Notes under the pieces: generated by a model
What the model was told of the DNA's origin: nothing
The model's database searches: none
Seen by the model: only the letters and a program-made list of their open reading frames with translations
Assembly (NCBI GenBank): GCA_046757165.1
Contig: JBHHXT010000022.1
Coordinates: 1 to 44,212 of the forward strand
DNA length: 44,212 bases
Origin: a bacterium
GTDB taxonomy: Bacteria > Zhuqueibacterota > Zhuqueibacteria > Oceanimicrobiales > Oceanimicrobiaceae
Direction: 5' to 3'
Made by a program: the position numbers and the translations under genes
Shown: piece after piece, positions 18,009-27,842 of the stretch
Position numbering within the stretch: the first letter of the stretch is position 1
How the letters are laid out: the number at the start of each line of letters is the position of its first letter

Positions 18009-21000
18009 TTACTTCAAAAGAAGAAGCTTTCGGTCGTGACCGAAGTGCTCAGACTCTGCTGAGATTTGGATTCGATAAATGTAGACCCCGCTGGGCAAGT
18101 TGGCGGCGTTCCACTCGAAACCGTAGGACCCCGCGTTCTGAGTTTTGTCCACCAGCGTGGCGACTTCCCGTCCAAGGATGTCATAGACGACAAGCTCAAC
18201 GTGCGCCTTGCTTTTCAAATCATACCTGATCGTTGTCGTCGGGTTGAACGGATTGGGATAATTCTGCTGCAATTGAAAGGATGTCGGAAGACGCACCGAC
18301 CGGACCGTGGCCATTTCGAAAGCGGCATTCGGGAGCGCCCGCGCCTGCACATCCGAAAGCTCGCTGCCCGGCAGCAAAGCCAGTCGTGCATGGTGAAATT
18401 CTGCCAGCGTCTCAAACTGCAGGGTTGCGATAGCCTGCCCGCTCTTGATCTTCCAGGGGGTTCGCCCGCCGGTTGCGTCCATCCACGCCAGGCTGAGGGT
18501 GCCATTTTTTGCGTTGCTCAAAAGCCCGCCGGGGGCGCCGGAGCTCACCATGCCGACGAAACGCAGCAAATCGTCTGCGTAGTGCAGCCTCAGGCCCAGA
18601 GCACCGATCTCGATGTCAGACCGGGCAGTGAGGGGAAGCTCGAAGTTGTCGCCGGGTGCCGTTTGGATGACCTTCTGTTGGTCGACCCTCATTGGGGATG
18701 CCAGCGGTGCCTCAGCGCTCTCATTCTGTGCTGACAAAAGGGCAGGAGGGACGTAACTGGCATTGACATCGCCGCTAGCAATCCCGAGAATGTCAAGATT
18801 GCTTTCGTTTGCAGTCAGGTCGATCGTGCGCGTCTCGAACAACCAATCTGGTTTGACAAATGAATCGATAATGCCGACAAAGCGCTGGAGAATGCGCTGC
18901 GCATCGGCACTGTTGATGGTGCCGGAATTGTTGACATCTGCAGCCAGCCGCCGGAGCCCGTCCGGGATGGTTTCGAGGCCGACAAAATCGCGCAGCACCT
19001 TGAGCGCGTCCGCGGAGTTGACGCCGCCCCAATCATCGGTCTTGGCGGTAGTCAGCGTGTGGGTGGCAGGCGGCAGAGTCAACTGGTACACGCCACTGGC
19101 ATCGGAAAGGTCGCTGACCTCGCCGGAGGCGACCGTGGCATTACGAATCGGCGATTGCGCCGCATTGACATAGAGCACGCGGCCAGCGACTGTGAAGGTG
19201 GCAGCGGTCTCTTCGAAAACCAGGAAAGGTTGGTCGGTGACCGAAATGTTTGTTTCACGCGTTCTCTGTCCACTCGGCCAGTCGATAATGAGCTCATCGA
19301 TGCGGGTGGCGTCGCCGAGCCCGAACTCGACGTTCATGCTGTTTTGTCCGCCCCAGCCGCCGCCGGTCTGGCCGCTGATCTGCTGCATCTGGGTCACCGA
19401 TGTGCCACCGATGGTAGCGCGGACACTGACCTTCGCGCCCAACGCGGAGCGATTTGAGGTGACGCCGTTGCCGATACACCTGATGTTGACCCAGTTGTTA
19501 TTGTTGTCCCCTTGTTTCTTGTTGTTTCTGTAGAGCAAGTTTTTCTTGTCACCGATGTTGTTGCCGTTGGTGACGATGACATCCAGAAAGCCGTCGCGAT
19601 TGAAATCTGCCCAGGAACACGCATTGGAGGCGCCCTCGTCGAAGATCAGGTTCCCGCGGATCTGACCCCCTTCATTCAGTTTGGAGAAACTCCCGTTGCC
19701 CTGGTTGAAATAGAGGAGGTTGTTGTTGGCCGGATCACCAATCGTTTCGCCCAGATTGCTGACAAACAGGTCGAGGTCTCCGTCGTTGTCGAAATCGGCC
19801 CAACTGCTGCCCCGTGACTTTCCGCCATCGGTGTTGATATCTGTCACTGTGGCTAGCCGGAGCGAAAAGGTTGGTGGCCCTTCATTCTCGATGAGCCGGT
19901 TGTCGGCGCCGTCGTTGGAGATGAACAGATCCAGGTCACCATCGTTGTCGTAATCTGCCCAACTGCTGCCCTGGCTCAACTGACTTTCGTCCAGCCACGC
20001 CCCCACATCTGCCGCAGTGAGCTTCCTGAAGGTAAAATTGGGCGGTCCTTCGTTTTCGTAGAAGTCATTTTTCCCGTTGTTGGCCACAAAGAGGTCGAGC
20101 AGGCCATCGTCGTTGTAATCGACCCAACTGCCGTGATAGGAGTTGTTGACGTCGGTCACCACCCGGCCGGAGGTGATTTTGGTAAACGTGCCGTCGCTGT
20201 TGTTGCGATAGAGCGAGTTGGCTTCATTGACATTGTTGGTGACAAAGAGATCCAACCAGCCGTCATTGTTGTAGTCGCCCCACACGCCTGAAGTCGACTT
20301 TTGTTGCTCCTCGACGATCAGGCCGGTTTCGACCCTGGTGAACACGCCGTTGTTATTTCGGTAGAGAAAATTTCCCCGTCCTGCGCCGAAGAGTCCGTTT
20401 GCGACAAACAAGTCGAGCCAACCGTCGTTATCGTAATCAGCCCAACTGGCGCTGTAGGAGAAGCCGCCGTCGGCAACAGGGGCGCCGGTGGTCATTTGAA
20501 CCATCTCCTCACCATCATTTCTGAACAGCATGTTGTCTTGATTGAAGTAGTTCGAGACGAACAGGTCGAGGTCATTATCGTTATCGTAATCGCCCCAAAC
20601 CGCCGCATTTGAGCGGCCAAAGCCGTTGAGCTGAATTCTGTCGAACAAGCCGTCCGCGCCCGGGCTGCCCGCCTGGTCCCCAGCGCCGATGTGCTCACTC
20701 TCGCCCTCGGCATAGACGGCCGTCACCCGGTAGATGTAGTCAACTTCCGGGTCCGTAAACTCATCGACAAACATCGTCAGGTGAGCTGGCACAAAACCGA
20801 GAAATCTTCTTTTTTCCTCAGCGCTATCTCGATAGATGTTGTACCCGATCAAGTTGATGGAGGCGTTGCAGTTGGGTTCATTTGCCAGCAGGTCGGCAAA
20901 CTCTGCCAGGGGAGTCATGCGGTAAATATCCCTGGCAGCGGTCAGCGCATCAGGATTGGGCAGAGCGCGGCTGAGATAATTGCTGACGTTGCCAGCTCCA

Positions 21001-22922
21001 TCTTTGATCGCAAACGTCAGGTTGACTTCGCTTTCAAAGCCAAACCTGGCCAGCACGTCGAATTCGATCTGCCCGAACTCACCGTTGCCTCCAATGCGGT
21101 CCGATCCCGCGACCAGGCTTACCTCTGTGCCTTCGGCGGATTCCACGGGCACGACCAGGATTTTCGTATCCTGGTTCACATCATCATCACCGGCTGTTTG
21201 CGAATCGTAGTCGATGGTTACTTTGAAGGTTGTGCTGCGAGCCGCGCCAAAAGCAGCGGCCGGGCTGCCGGAGATATCGATGCTGCGGATGGAAATGGCC
21301 GGAGCCAGAAGGTTGACCGGGGCACCCCACCCCACTTTCAGATACGGTGTGTTCGCCACTTGATCCAGGGTCAGGTCATGTGGGGGAATGAAATCTGAGA
21401 GACGGGTTGCAAAAATGTCCTTCGCGGCTCTCGAGGTGACGGCTGGCACACCCCCAAACTCCACGGTTCGTTCGAAGCCACCGGCGATGAAGCTGTTTGG
21501 GATTTCGTTGTTGTCCACGTCATCTTCTCTGGCATAATCAAAAGGCGCCATGTCAATGCCCCGCACGACATCTTCGCCCGGGCCGCCAATTTGCTTGGCC
21601 CAAAGGAAATGGCCGTCCTCACCGTATTTGGCGATGTAGATGTCCCTGGAGCCGTTGCTGGTCAGGGTTTGCTCGGTGGCCTCTCCTTCACCAAAGGTGA
21701 TGGCGCCGATAAACTCACCAGTGACGATTGCGGTGACAAAATCTCCCGGACCCCCGACTGTGGACAGTCTGACCGCAGCGACCTTGTTGCCCTGCTCGAA
21801 TTCCGGGCCGCCCGCCTGGGCCACGAATTGCACGTTGCCTGAAAAATCATAGCGTGCGAGAAAGATGTCGCTCTTGCCCTTGTCGAAGATCGTCTCGGAG
21901 TCAAAATCAGCCGGACCGGTAAACCAGCCGGTGACAAAAAGACCATTGCCTTCAAACGTTTCGCCGACAATATCCCGCGCCCGGTCGATTCCCGGCCCGC
22001 CTGCACGTTTTGCCCAGACCAAGTTGCCGGTTCCGCGACGAAATCGCGCCACAAAGGCATCGTTTGCGCCCCGGCTCGTCAGGTCGGTTTCATTGGCCTC
22101 ACCATCCCCAAAGACGACCGTGCTGGCGAACTCGCCGCAGACAAAGACCGCGGAATCAAAGAAAATACCGTAGCCGCGGTCCTCTTCAGTGTCGCCGATC
22201 TGGCGTGACCAGGTGAGATTGCCCTGGGTGTCAAATGCCAGGACGAAGATGTCTCCCTTTCCCCGACTCTCAAACTCGGTTGAAGACGTAATCTCGAGCG
22301 TGTTGTTGAAGGTGCCGACAATAACAACCGTCCCAAAGTCCGAATAAACATCAAAGGCCCGGTCGACACCGGGGCCGCCAAATTTTTTGGCCCATCGGAT
22401 TTCACCGCTTTGAGTGTAGCTGGCGAGGAAGACGTCTCGTTCTCCGTCCCCATCTGCGGTCAGGGTGATTTCGTTTGGGTCACCAGGGCCGAACGTTGCG
22501 GTGCCGCGGAACCATCCGGTCACGTAGATTTGGTTGCCGTTGTAAACGGCCCTCGGTGTCAGATTCCTGTTGCCGGTGACAAGCACTTTGGCCCAGACGA
22601 GTGTCCCCGCGTCGTCGTATTTCGCGATGAAGCCATCAAAGCCGCCCTGGCTCTGGAAAGACCTTTCATTTGGACCGTTGTCGTCAAACGTCACCGTTCC
22701 ACGGAATGAACCCACGGTGACCACATTGTTGGACCGGCGGGAGAGATCATTTGCCAGCGCGATCCCGGTCGCCTTTTCATGTGCCACCCAGCAGAAGCCA
22801 GAACTGACGTTCTGCGCTGCAACGGGTACCGAAGTCAACCAAACCAGGCATAGCCCGGGAATCAGGTGCCGGTATTTTCCTTTTAGAACCATGTGACCCA
22901 CCCTTGATTTTGTTCGCAGCAA
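18009..22922 (-). CDS. Large secreted multidomain protein: beta-propeller, FN3-like, FG-GAP/ASPIC-UnbV, dockerin, cohesin, C-terminal sorting domain
   Basis: Repeated D.F.A.Y...G...WAK..GG blades; LIGYNIYRD..YRVTAVY..GES; about seven W.D(Y/F)DNDG.LDLFV repeats; FGLGDATRIDELIIDWPSG (ASPIC/UnbV); GGVNSADAL..AADVNNSGTINSADA (dockerin); cohesin-like module; NYPNPFNP. The start may instead be the ATG at 22892. Confidence 0.85.
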   Translation of the reverse strand: MLRTKSRVGHMVLKGKYRHLIPGLCLVWLTSVPVAAQNVSSGFCWVAHEKATGIALANDLSRRSNNVVTVGSFRGTVTFDDNGPNERSFQSQGGFDGFIAKYDDAGTLVWAKVLVTGNRNLTPRAVYNGNQIYVTGWFRGTATFGPGDPNEITLTADGDGERDVFLASYTQSGEIRWAKKFGGPGVDRAFDVYSDFGTVVIVGTFNNTLEITSSTEFESRGKGDIFVLAFDTQGNLTWSRQIGDTEEDRGYGIFFDSAVFVCGEFASTVVFGDGEANETDLTSRGANDAFVARFRRGTGNLVWAKRAGGPGIDRARDIVGETFEGNGLFVTGWFTGPADFDSETIFDKGKSDIFLARYDFSGNVQFVAQAGGPEFEQGNKVAAVRLSTVGGPGDFVTAIVTGEFIGAITFGEGEATEQTLTSNGSRDIYIAKYGEDGHFLWAKQIGGPGEDVVRGIDMAPFDYAREDDVDNNEIPNSFIAGGFERTVEFGGVPAVTSRAAKDIFATRLSDFIPPHDLTLDQVANTPYLKVGWGAPVNLLAPAISIRSIDISGSPAAAFGAARSTTFKVTIDYDSQTAGDDDVNQDTKILVVPVESAEGTEVSLVAGSDRIGGNGEFGQIEFDVLARFGFESEVNLTFAIKDGAGNVSNYLSRALPNPDALTAARDIYRMTPLAEFADLLANEPNCNASINLIGYNIYRDSAEEKRRFLGFVPAHLTMFVDEFTDPEVDYIYRVTAVYAEGESEHIGAGDQAGSPGADGLFDRIQLNGFGRSNAAVWGDYDNDNDLDLFVSNYFNQDNMLFRNDGEEMVQMTTGAPVADGGFSYSASWADYDNDGWLDLFVANGLFGAGRGNFLYRNNNGVFTRVETGLIVEEQQKSTSGVWGDYNNDGWLDLFVTNNVNEANSLYRNNSDGTFTKITSGRVVTDVNNSYHGSWVDYNDDGLLDLFVANNGKNDFYENEGPPNFTFRKLTAADVGAWLDESQLSQGSSWADYDNDGDLDLFISNDGADNRLIENEGPPTFSLRLATVTDINTDGGKSRGSSWADFDNDGDLDLFVSNLGETIGDPANNNLLYFNQGNGSFSKLNEGGQIRGNLIFDEGASNACSWADFNRDGFLDVIVTNGNNIGDKKNLLYRNNKKQGDNNNNWVNIRCIGNGVTSNRSALGAKVSVRATIGGTSVTQMQQISGQTGGGWGGQNSMNVEFGLGDATRIDELIIDWPSGQRTRETNISVTDQPFLVFEETAATFTVAGRVLYVNAAQSPIRNATVASGEVSDLSDASGVYQLTLPPATHTLTTAKTDDWGGVNSADALKVLRDFVGLETIPDGLRRLAADVNNSGTINSADAQRILQRFVGIIDSFVKPDWLFETRTIDLTANESNLDILGIASGDVNASYVPPALLSAQNESAEAPLASPMRVDQQKVIQTAPGDNFELPLTARSDIEIGALGLRLHYADDLLRFVGMVSSGAPGGLLSNAKNGTLSLAWMDATGGRTPWKIKSGQAIATLQFETLAEFHHARLALLPGSELSDVQARALPNAAFEMATVRSVRLPTSFQLQQNYPNPFNPTTTIRYDLKSKAHVELVVYDILGREVATLVDKTQNAGSYGFEWNAANLPSGVYIYRIQISAESEHFGHDRKLLLLK

Positions 22923-22973
22923 AATTCTTAGCCTGGATTATTCCTTGCGCGGCAAAGCCGCAATAAAATTATG

Positions 22974-23084
22974 AACCGCAAAGACGCAAAACTCGCAAAT
23001 GTTCCAATTTTGAGCGACGGGTTCTAACGATCAGTGCATAATCTGTCATACTTTGACCTTTGCGTTCATTGCGTCTTTGCGGTT
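22974..23084. repeat. Inverted repeat with ~9-nt CGCAAAG units, preceded by a GCGGCAAAGCCGC mini-palindrome
   Basis: Perfect 16-bp arms AACCGCAAAGACGCAA / TTGCGTCTTTGCGGTT with degenerate inner units. Confidence 0.8.
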
Positions 23085-23350
23085 TAATTTTCTTGCAAAA
23101 AAATGCCAAAGTTCGGCGGTAATACTCTAACCTGCATAATTCATAAACATATAAATTATGCTCGAATACCCGAATAGAAGTTTTGAACAAGGCTGCCTTT
23201 TGAAGTTTGTAGTGCACGCGTCAGCGTGCTGTTTTTAAAGCCTTTGGCCGCCTGACGGCGGCACTACGAACGCTACGAACAAACAATTCATGAATAATGC
23301 AGGCTAATGCAGCAATCCGTTCCGATCCGCTAAATCCGTCTGATCCGTGT

Positions 23351-24688
23351 TTAGAACGTGAACGCGGTTCCAACCATGGCAACGACGTTGGACCGCAGGC
23401 CGCCATCTTGCAGCGGCGTCAAGATGTTGGCCATGATGAGCAAATTGTTCGTCGGCGCGATCTTCAGGCCGATGGCCGCATCCAGGAGATTGTCATAGCG
23501 GTACCGGGGAACATTGCTCCGATCGATCTCTCTGGCAAACCGGGCCGAGTTGTCAGGGCTGAAAATGAGCTCTTGCTTTCCCGGCAGCACGACGATCTTG
23601 TTCGATTGGAGGTCATATCTGCCCAGCACATCGAGGGCAAACGTTATTTTCTTGCTCAATTTGTGGTCGAACCCTGCGATGAATTCAATCTCGTCGCTGT
23701 CGAAATTCGCACCGTGATATTGGTAGCCGAAATTCAGATGTGGCGTGAAACCTCCGAGCTTATTCGACACGATCAAAGAAACACTGACATTGGAGGAGCC
23801 CGTGCCCAGGTAGTTCGCTTCGTCGCCGGTCGGCAGGCTGACGTCCAGAAATCCGGCCACGTCTGCGCTCTGGCTGGTCAGGAAGCGATATTTTAGTCTG
23901 AGGGAGATGTCGCCAATTCCGGTCGAGCTTTTGTCATAGGAAAAAGTGTCTTCGAGAATCGGGTTCCGGAAATCGATAGCCCCGGCTTGCTGGCGGAACG
24001 AGTAGTTGGAGACACCGGATTGATGAAACGTCGTCCCGCTCAAGAGGGCGCGCGCCTCGCCGCTCATCTCGAGGGTGGTGATGGGAATGGCAAAACCAAA
24101 ATCGATCCGGTCTGTGAGGCCGAGTGTCGCAAACAGGACAAACGAGGTTGCGTCCAGATGTAAGTCCGGAAGGACTTGCATCGTTTCTGTTTCGAAGAAA
24201 AAGCCGACCGGGTCGGGACCGCCAAGCTGACCGTCTTCGTTGACGTCGTCTGTAAAAAACATGAAGCTCAGCGCATCGAGCGGCACGCCGCGAACCTCCG
24301 AGAGCGCGTAATGGGCGATGTTGAAGCCAAAATTCAGGTTCCATTGACCCACGGTTTCAGCCGTCTCAGCATAGATCGGGCCGAGGCTTTCTTTGTAAAT
24401 CTCGGGTCTGCCGGCCCGAAGCCCAAAGGTGATGCCGGCAACGGTCGAGGGCAAAGGGAAAGACGAGATGTTGCCGCTGATGAGGTTGTTCAGGGCTGGC
24501 CGCAACTGGCTGTCTGCCAGAATTGCGGATCTATCGAAGAAGGTCGACGAGGGGTCGATGGAAAAAAGGTCCTGGCGCAGGAACTTGTTGAACATCTCAG
24601 CAAAGGTCTTGTTGAGTTGTGCACCCGCCGGAGTTGTGGACATGAGAATGAAGCTGATGACAAGTTTCTTGAACACCGATTTTGACAT
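23351..24688 (-). CDS. Outer-membrane beta-barrel protein (SphA/MetA-pathway transporter-like)
   Basis: Signal peptide; ETAETVG..NL.FGFN; LGLTDRIDFGFAIP; TGIGDISLRLKYRF; VSLPTGD...YLGTG; amphipathic strands; terminal Phe. Confidence 0.75.
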   Translation of the reverse strand: MSKSVFKKLVISFILMSTTPAGAQLNKTFAEMFNKFLRQDLFSIDPSSTFFDRSAILADSQLRPALNNLISGNISSFPLPSTVAGITFGLRAGRPEIYKESLGPIYAETAETVGQWNLNFGFNIAHYALSEVRGVPLDALSFMFFTDDVNEDGQLGGPDPVGFFFETETMQVLPDLHLDATSFVLFATLGLTDRIDFGFAIPITTLEMSGEARALLSGTTFHQSGVSNYSFRQQAGAIDFRNPILEDTFSYDKSSTGIGDISLRLKYRFLTSQSADVAGFLDVSLPTGDEANYLGTGSSNVSVSLIVSNKLGGFTPHLNFGYQYHGANFDSDEIEFIAGFDHKLSKKITFALDVLGRYDLQSNKIVVLPGKQELIFSPDNSARFAREIDRSNVPRYRYDNLLDAAIGLKIAPTNNLLIMANILTPLQDGGLRSNVVAMVGTAFTF

Positions 24689-24740
24689 GGATGTGTTTCC
24701 CTCCTTAGTTCATTGAGAGTTGGTCTGACCTGGAGCGCTC

Positions 24741-27095
24741 TCACATTTTCTCTTTGAATTCTGCAATCACCCATCTGCCGCCAATTTGCTCGAGGGTCCA
24801 GGTGTAGGCGTAATTCAGCTCCTGTGACCTGTTTTTGTTGTCTTTGTATTTGATCTTAATGAGCAGCTCCAGGACGGCGGACCCGTCTTGGATACGCTTG
24901 GAGTCCTCGGCGATCGTTACTTGCCGGTCTTTTGTAAAACCAAAGACTCGCGCCCACTTCTCCTCTTCTTCAGAGGTGAAATTCTTGTGCAGTGAGCGCA
25001 GGAGGTCGAGATCGCCCGATTCCAGGCTTTTGCTGTATTGCTTGCGCAGGTCTCTGATCGCTTGCTCGAGCGCCATCTGCTGCTGCATCTTGTTCGTTTC
25101 CCGTCGCATCAAATCGGCATTGAGCGAGTTGAGAGACGTGGAGGCGCTTTGATAGGATGACGCCGCCTTGACAAAATCGCCCTGCTCATAGGCTTTCCCT
25201 GCTTCCTTTTCGGCTTGCGAAGCCTGCTGATAGCTCTTCTCGTCAGCGTACCTGACAGGAATCTTGCCTTTTGCGGCGAGCATGGTTTTTCTGGCCGCAT
25301 CCGCTTTTTTCTGCAAAGATTTCAGGACACTTGTGGTGGCTGCCCGGTAATATTTATTTGCCTGCTGGTAAGCCCTCAGTGAGTTTTCCAACTTTCCTTC
25401 CCTTTTCAACCTCTCTGCTTCGTTCTCAGCCGCCAGCGCTTCTTTGAAATCGCTGTCCGTTTCCCGGTCGCTCTGGCTTCCTGGGACCGCCAGCCGGGCC
25501 GAGAGCATATCATCCCTTGCTGAAACCACTTGCAATCGCAGGCGACTCAATGCCGAGCGCTCACGGTCTTCAAGCTTGCTGAAGGGAATGGCCTGTTCCT
25601 TTGCTTCGGCGTATTTGCTCCTGGCGTCGGCATAGTTTTGATTCGCGGCTCGCAGTCCACTGAGCGTATTGAGTGCCAGGCTGCTGTCTGCGCGGGCCTC
25701 GAGCTGGCTGGCCTGGTGGAAAAGTCCATTGGCGTTGGCTTCTGCCCCCTCTGCCTGTGCTGCCGCTTTTGCAAGGATCATTTGATTCTTTGCCTCATTC
25801 ACCTTATCTCGCAGATTGTTGAGCCCCTGCTCGAAATCTTTGAGGGCCACTTGCAGGCTTTCTTGTGCTGTTTTGAAACTAACCCGTGCCTGCTGAAAAT
25901 TTTCTGCTGCAAATTGTTGCTCGCCTTGCTGTGCCATTGCCACAACAGGTTCATACCGGTCGGTGTTCGTAAACTGGGTTCCAAACTTTTCAGCCACGGT
26001 TGTGATTGCCGCAAGTTCCCCTCTTGCCTCCGCCGCCAGTTCTCGCGGAGTTGCAGAACCCGGGGAGAGGTCAGCCAGACGGGGCAGGAGCAGGATTGCA
26101 AGCGCCACCGTTGCGATCAAACCGCCGGCCATCGCGACGGCTCTCGAGGTTTTGAAGCGCCACTTGCCGAACAGGGTGACATGGCCGGGTGACTTGCCCC
26201 CGAGCGGAAGGGTCCTTCCAGCCACGGTGAGGGTCCGGCCAGAATCCGCCAGCACCACGCCTGCCCTGACATGGTCGCATATCGGGGCGAGCTCGGCAAT
26301 CACATGCGAGAAATCGCGGTACCGCTTTTCTGGCTGCTTCTGCAAGCATTTTGATATCACCGTCTGCAGCTCGGATTCAAATTGCTTTTCATCGATAGAA
26401 ATCTGTTGGGGCTCCGAGTTGATAATGCTGTTCATCAACTCGTAGATATCTCCGCCCGAGAAAGGTCGCTCTGAGGTGAGCATCTCGTAAAGCAGGACCC
26501 CGAATGAGAAAATATCCGAGCGCTTATCGATGTCCGTGGTGCCACGCACTTGCTCGGGTGACATGTAGCTCGGCGTTCCGAGCTGCTGACCGGAACCGGT
26601 GATGACGGTTCCCTGCGTCGGTTTGGCGATGCCAAAGTCCATGATTTTGACTCTGTCTCGAGACAGGACTCTGATGTTCGCCGGCTTGATATCGCGATGA
26701 ACGATATTCTTGGAATGGGCGACGTGCAGGCCTTTGCAGATTTGCAGGGCGTAATCGAGTTTCTGCGCCAGGGGCAGCGGCTTGCGGGTGCCGGTCGCGA
26801 TTTCATCGAGGATGGTTTTTAGGTCCTCGCCCTGCAAAAACTGCATGGCCATGAAAGGCTGGCCCCCTTCATAGCCGAACTCGTACAGAGTCGTGACATT
26901 CTCATGGTCGATCTGGGCCAGCGCCTTGGCCTCGCGGCGAAAGCGGTCCTTGATCTCCGGAATGTCAAGGACGTCTTCCAGGATGACCTTCAGAGCGACT
27001 TCCCGGCCGAGGACGGTATCATGAGCGTGATAGACCGCGCCCATGCCGCCTTTGCCGAGTTCTTCAATGATCTCGAATTTGCCGATTCTTTTCAA
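24741..27095 (-). CDS. Membrane Ser/Thr protein kinase with helical extracytoplasmic region and small alpha/beta (NTF2-like) C-terminal domain
   Basis: [52 protein letters not shown]; Ala/Gln/Lys helical repeats; C-terminal WTLEQIGGRWVIAEF. Probable TTG start at 27095 after GGAGGG, giving MKRIGKFE (compare MKRIGKYE in the dual kinase). Confidence 0.9.
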   Translation of the reverse strand: MKRIGKFEIIEELGKGGMGAVYHAHDTVLGREVALKVILEDVLDIPEIKDRFRREAKALAQIDHENVTTLYEFGYEGGQPFMAMQFLQGEDLKTILDEIATGTRKPLPLAQKLDYALQICKGLHVAHSKNIVHRDIKPANIRVLSRDRVKIMDFGIAKPTQGTVITGSGQQLGTPSYMSPEQVRGTTDIDKRSDIFSFGVLLYEMLTSERPFSGGDIYELMNSIINSEPQQISIDEKQFESELQTVISKCLQKQPEKRYRDFSHVIAELAPICDHVRAGVVLADSGRTLTVAGRTLPLGGKSPGHVTLFGKWRFKTSRAVAMAGGLIATVALAILLLPRLADLSPGSATPRELAAEARGELAAITTVAEKFGTQFTNTDRYEPVVAMAQQGEQQFAAENFQQARVSFKTAQESLQVALKDFEQGLNNLRDKVNEAKNQMILAKAAAQAEGAEANANGLFHQASQLEARADSSLALNTLSGLRAANQNYADARSKYAEAKEQAIPFSKLEDRERSALSRLRLQVVSARDDMLSARLAVPGSQSDRETDSDFKEALAAENEAERLKREGKLENSLRAYQQANKYYRAATTSVLKSLQKKADAARKTMLAAKGKIPVRYADEKSYQQASQAEKEAGKAYEQGDFVKAASSYQSASTSLNSLNADLMRRETNKMQQQMALEQAIRDLRKQYSKSLESGDLDLLRSLHKNFTSEEEEKWARVFGFTKDRQVTIAEDSKRIQDGSAVLELLIKIKYKDNKNRSQELNYAYTWTLEQIGGRWVIAEFKEKM

Positions 27096-27386
27096 CGCTC
27101 CCTCCAAGAAGCTGAAAAGCCGGTGAGACGTACTGATTGATTGGGTAAACTAGCGTTTCAAAAATGCTACGATTTCGGTGTGGAATTGCTGAGCTGGCCT
27201 TGCACCTCGGCTCCGTCAGCCTAGATGACTTCTGAAGGAGAAAAGATACCTGTATGAACTACAGAACCTTCTGGTAGACCAGGACCAAAGTCGATTCGCA
27301 ACAGATGATGGGCCAAACCCTATAATAATCTCTGAGAGGCAGCGGGAGTCAAAAGCAGCCGACCCTGTTGCAAATCCTAAAGTTAC

Positions 27387-27415
27387 AGAATAGATATTTA
27401 ATATAGCATTGTCAA
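27387..27415 (-). promoter_or_regulatory. Sigma70-type promoter of the kinase-barrel unit
   Basis: Minus strand TTGACA-17 bp-TATTCT in an AT-rich divergent intergenic region. Confidence 0.6.
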
Positions 27416-27628
27416 GAAGAATTTTGCTGGACGTTCCCCAAAGTTCTCTTTGTGCTTAATGTAAGTTATAGATAATACATGTGTTATACCTTGAATTTTC
27501 TATGAAAATTCAAAAAGATAGAAAAAGATAGAAATGGTGATCTTACACAGTTTGCAACTGTGCATATTGCCGGATTTGTACGTAAAACACGGTTGTCCCG
27601 CAAAGGCGTCGCAAAGGCTGGATGTTGG

Positions 27629-27673
27629 ATCGGGCTTGAATGAATTGTCTCCCCAAAAATGGTGGACATTCAG
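27629..27673 (+). repeat. Left copy of a 45/46-bp inverted repeat (IS-end-like)
   Basis: ATCGGGCTTGAATGAATTGTCTCCCCAAAAATGGTGGACATTCAG; matches the minus strand at 34709-34754. Confidence 0.8.
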
Positions 27674-27842
27674 TCAAGAAAAATTTTGAATCAGGTGCTC
27701 AAAAGATGGATTTCAAGCGCTCTGACTTAATCTGCTGCCCGGACCGAAGGATGCACGCGGGTGGCCTCAGCCCGCCACTTTTGGCTTGAACTAGAGGAGG
27801 ATCTTCATTATCGTACAGGTGAAAAATAACAAGGAGTGACTT

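Noticed and set aside
27096..27842. Riboswitch or ncRNA in the long leaders of the kinases and TBDRs
   Set aside because: I could not match any cobalamin, TPP or c-di-GMP consensus by eye; an Rfam/Infernal scan would be needed to decide.
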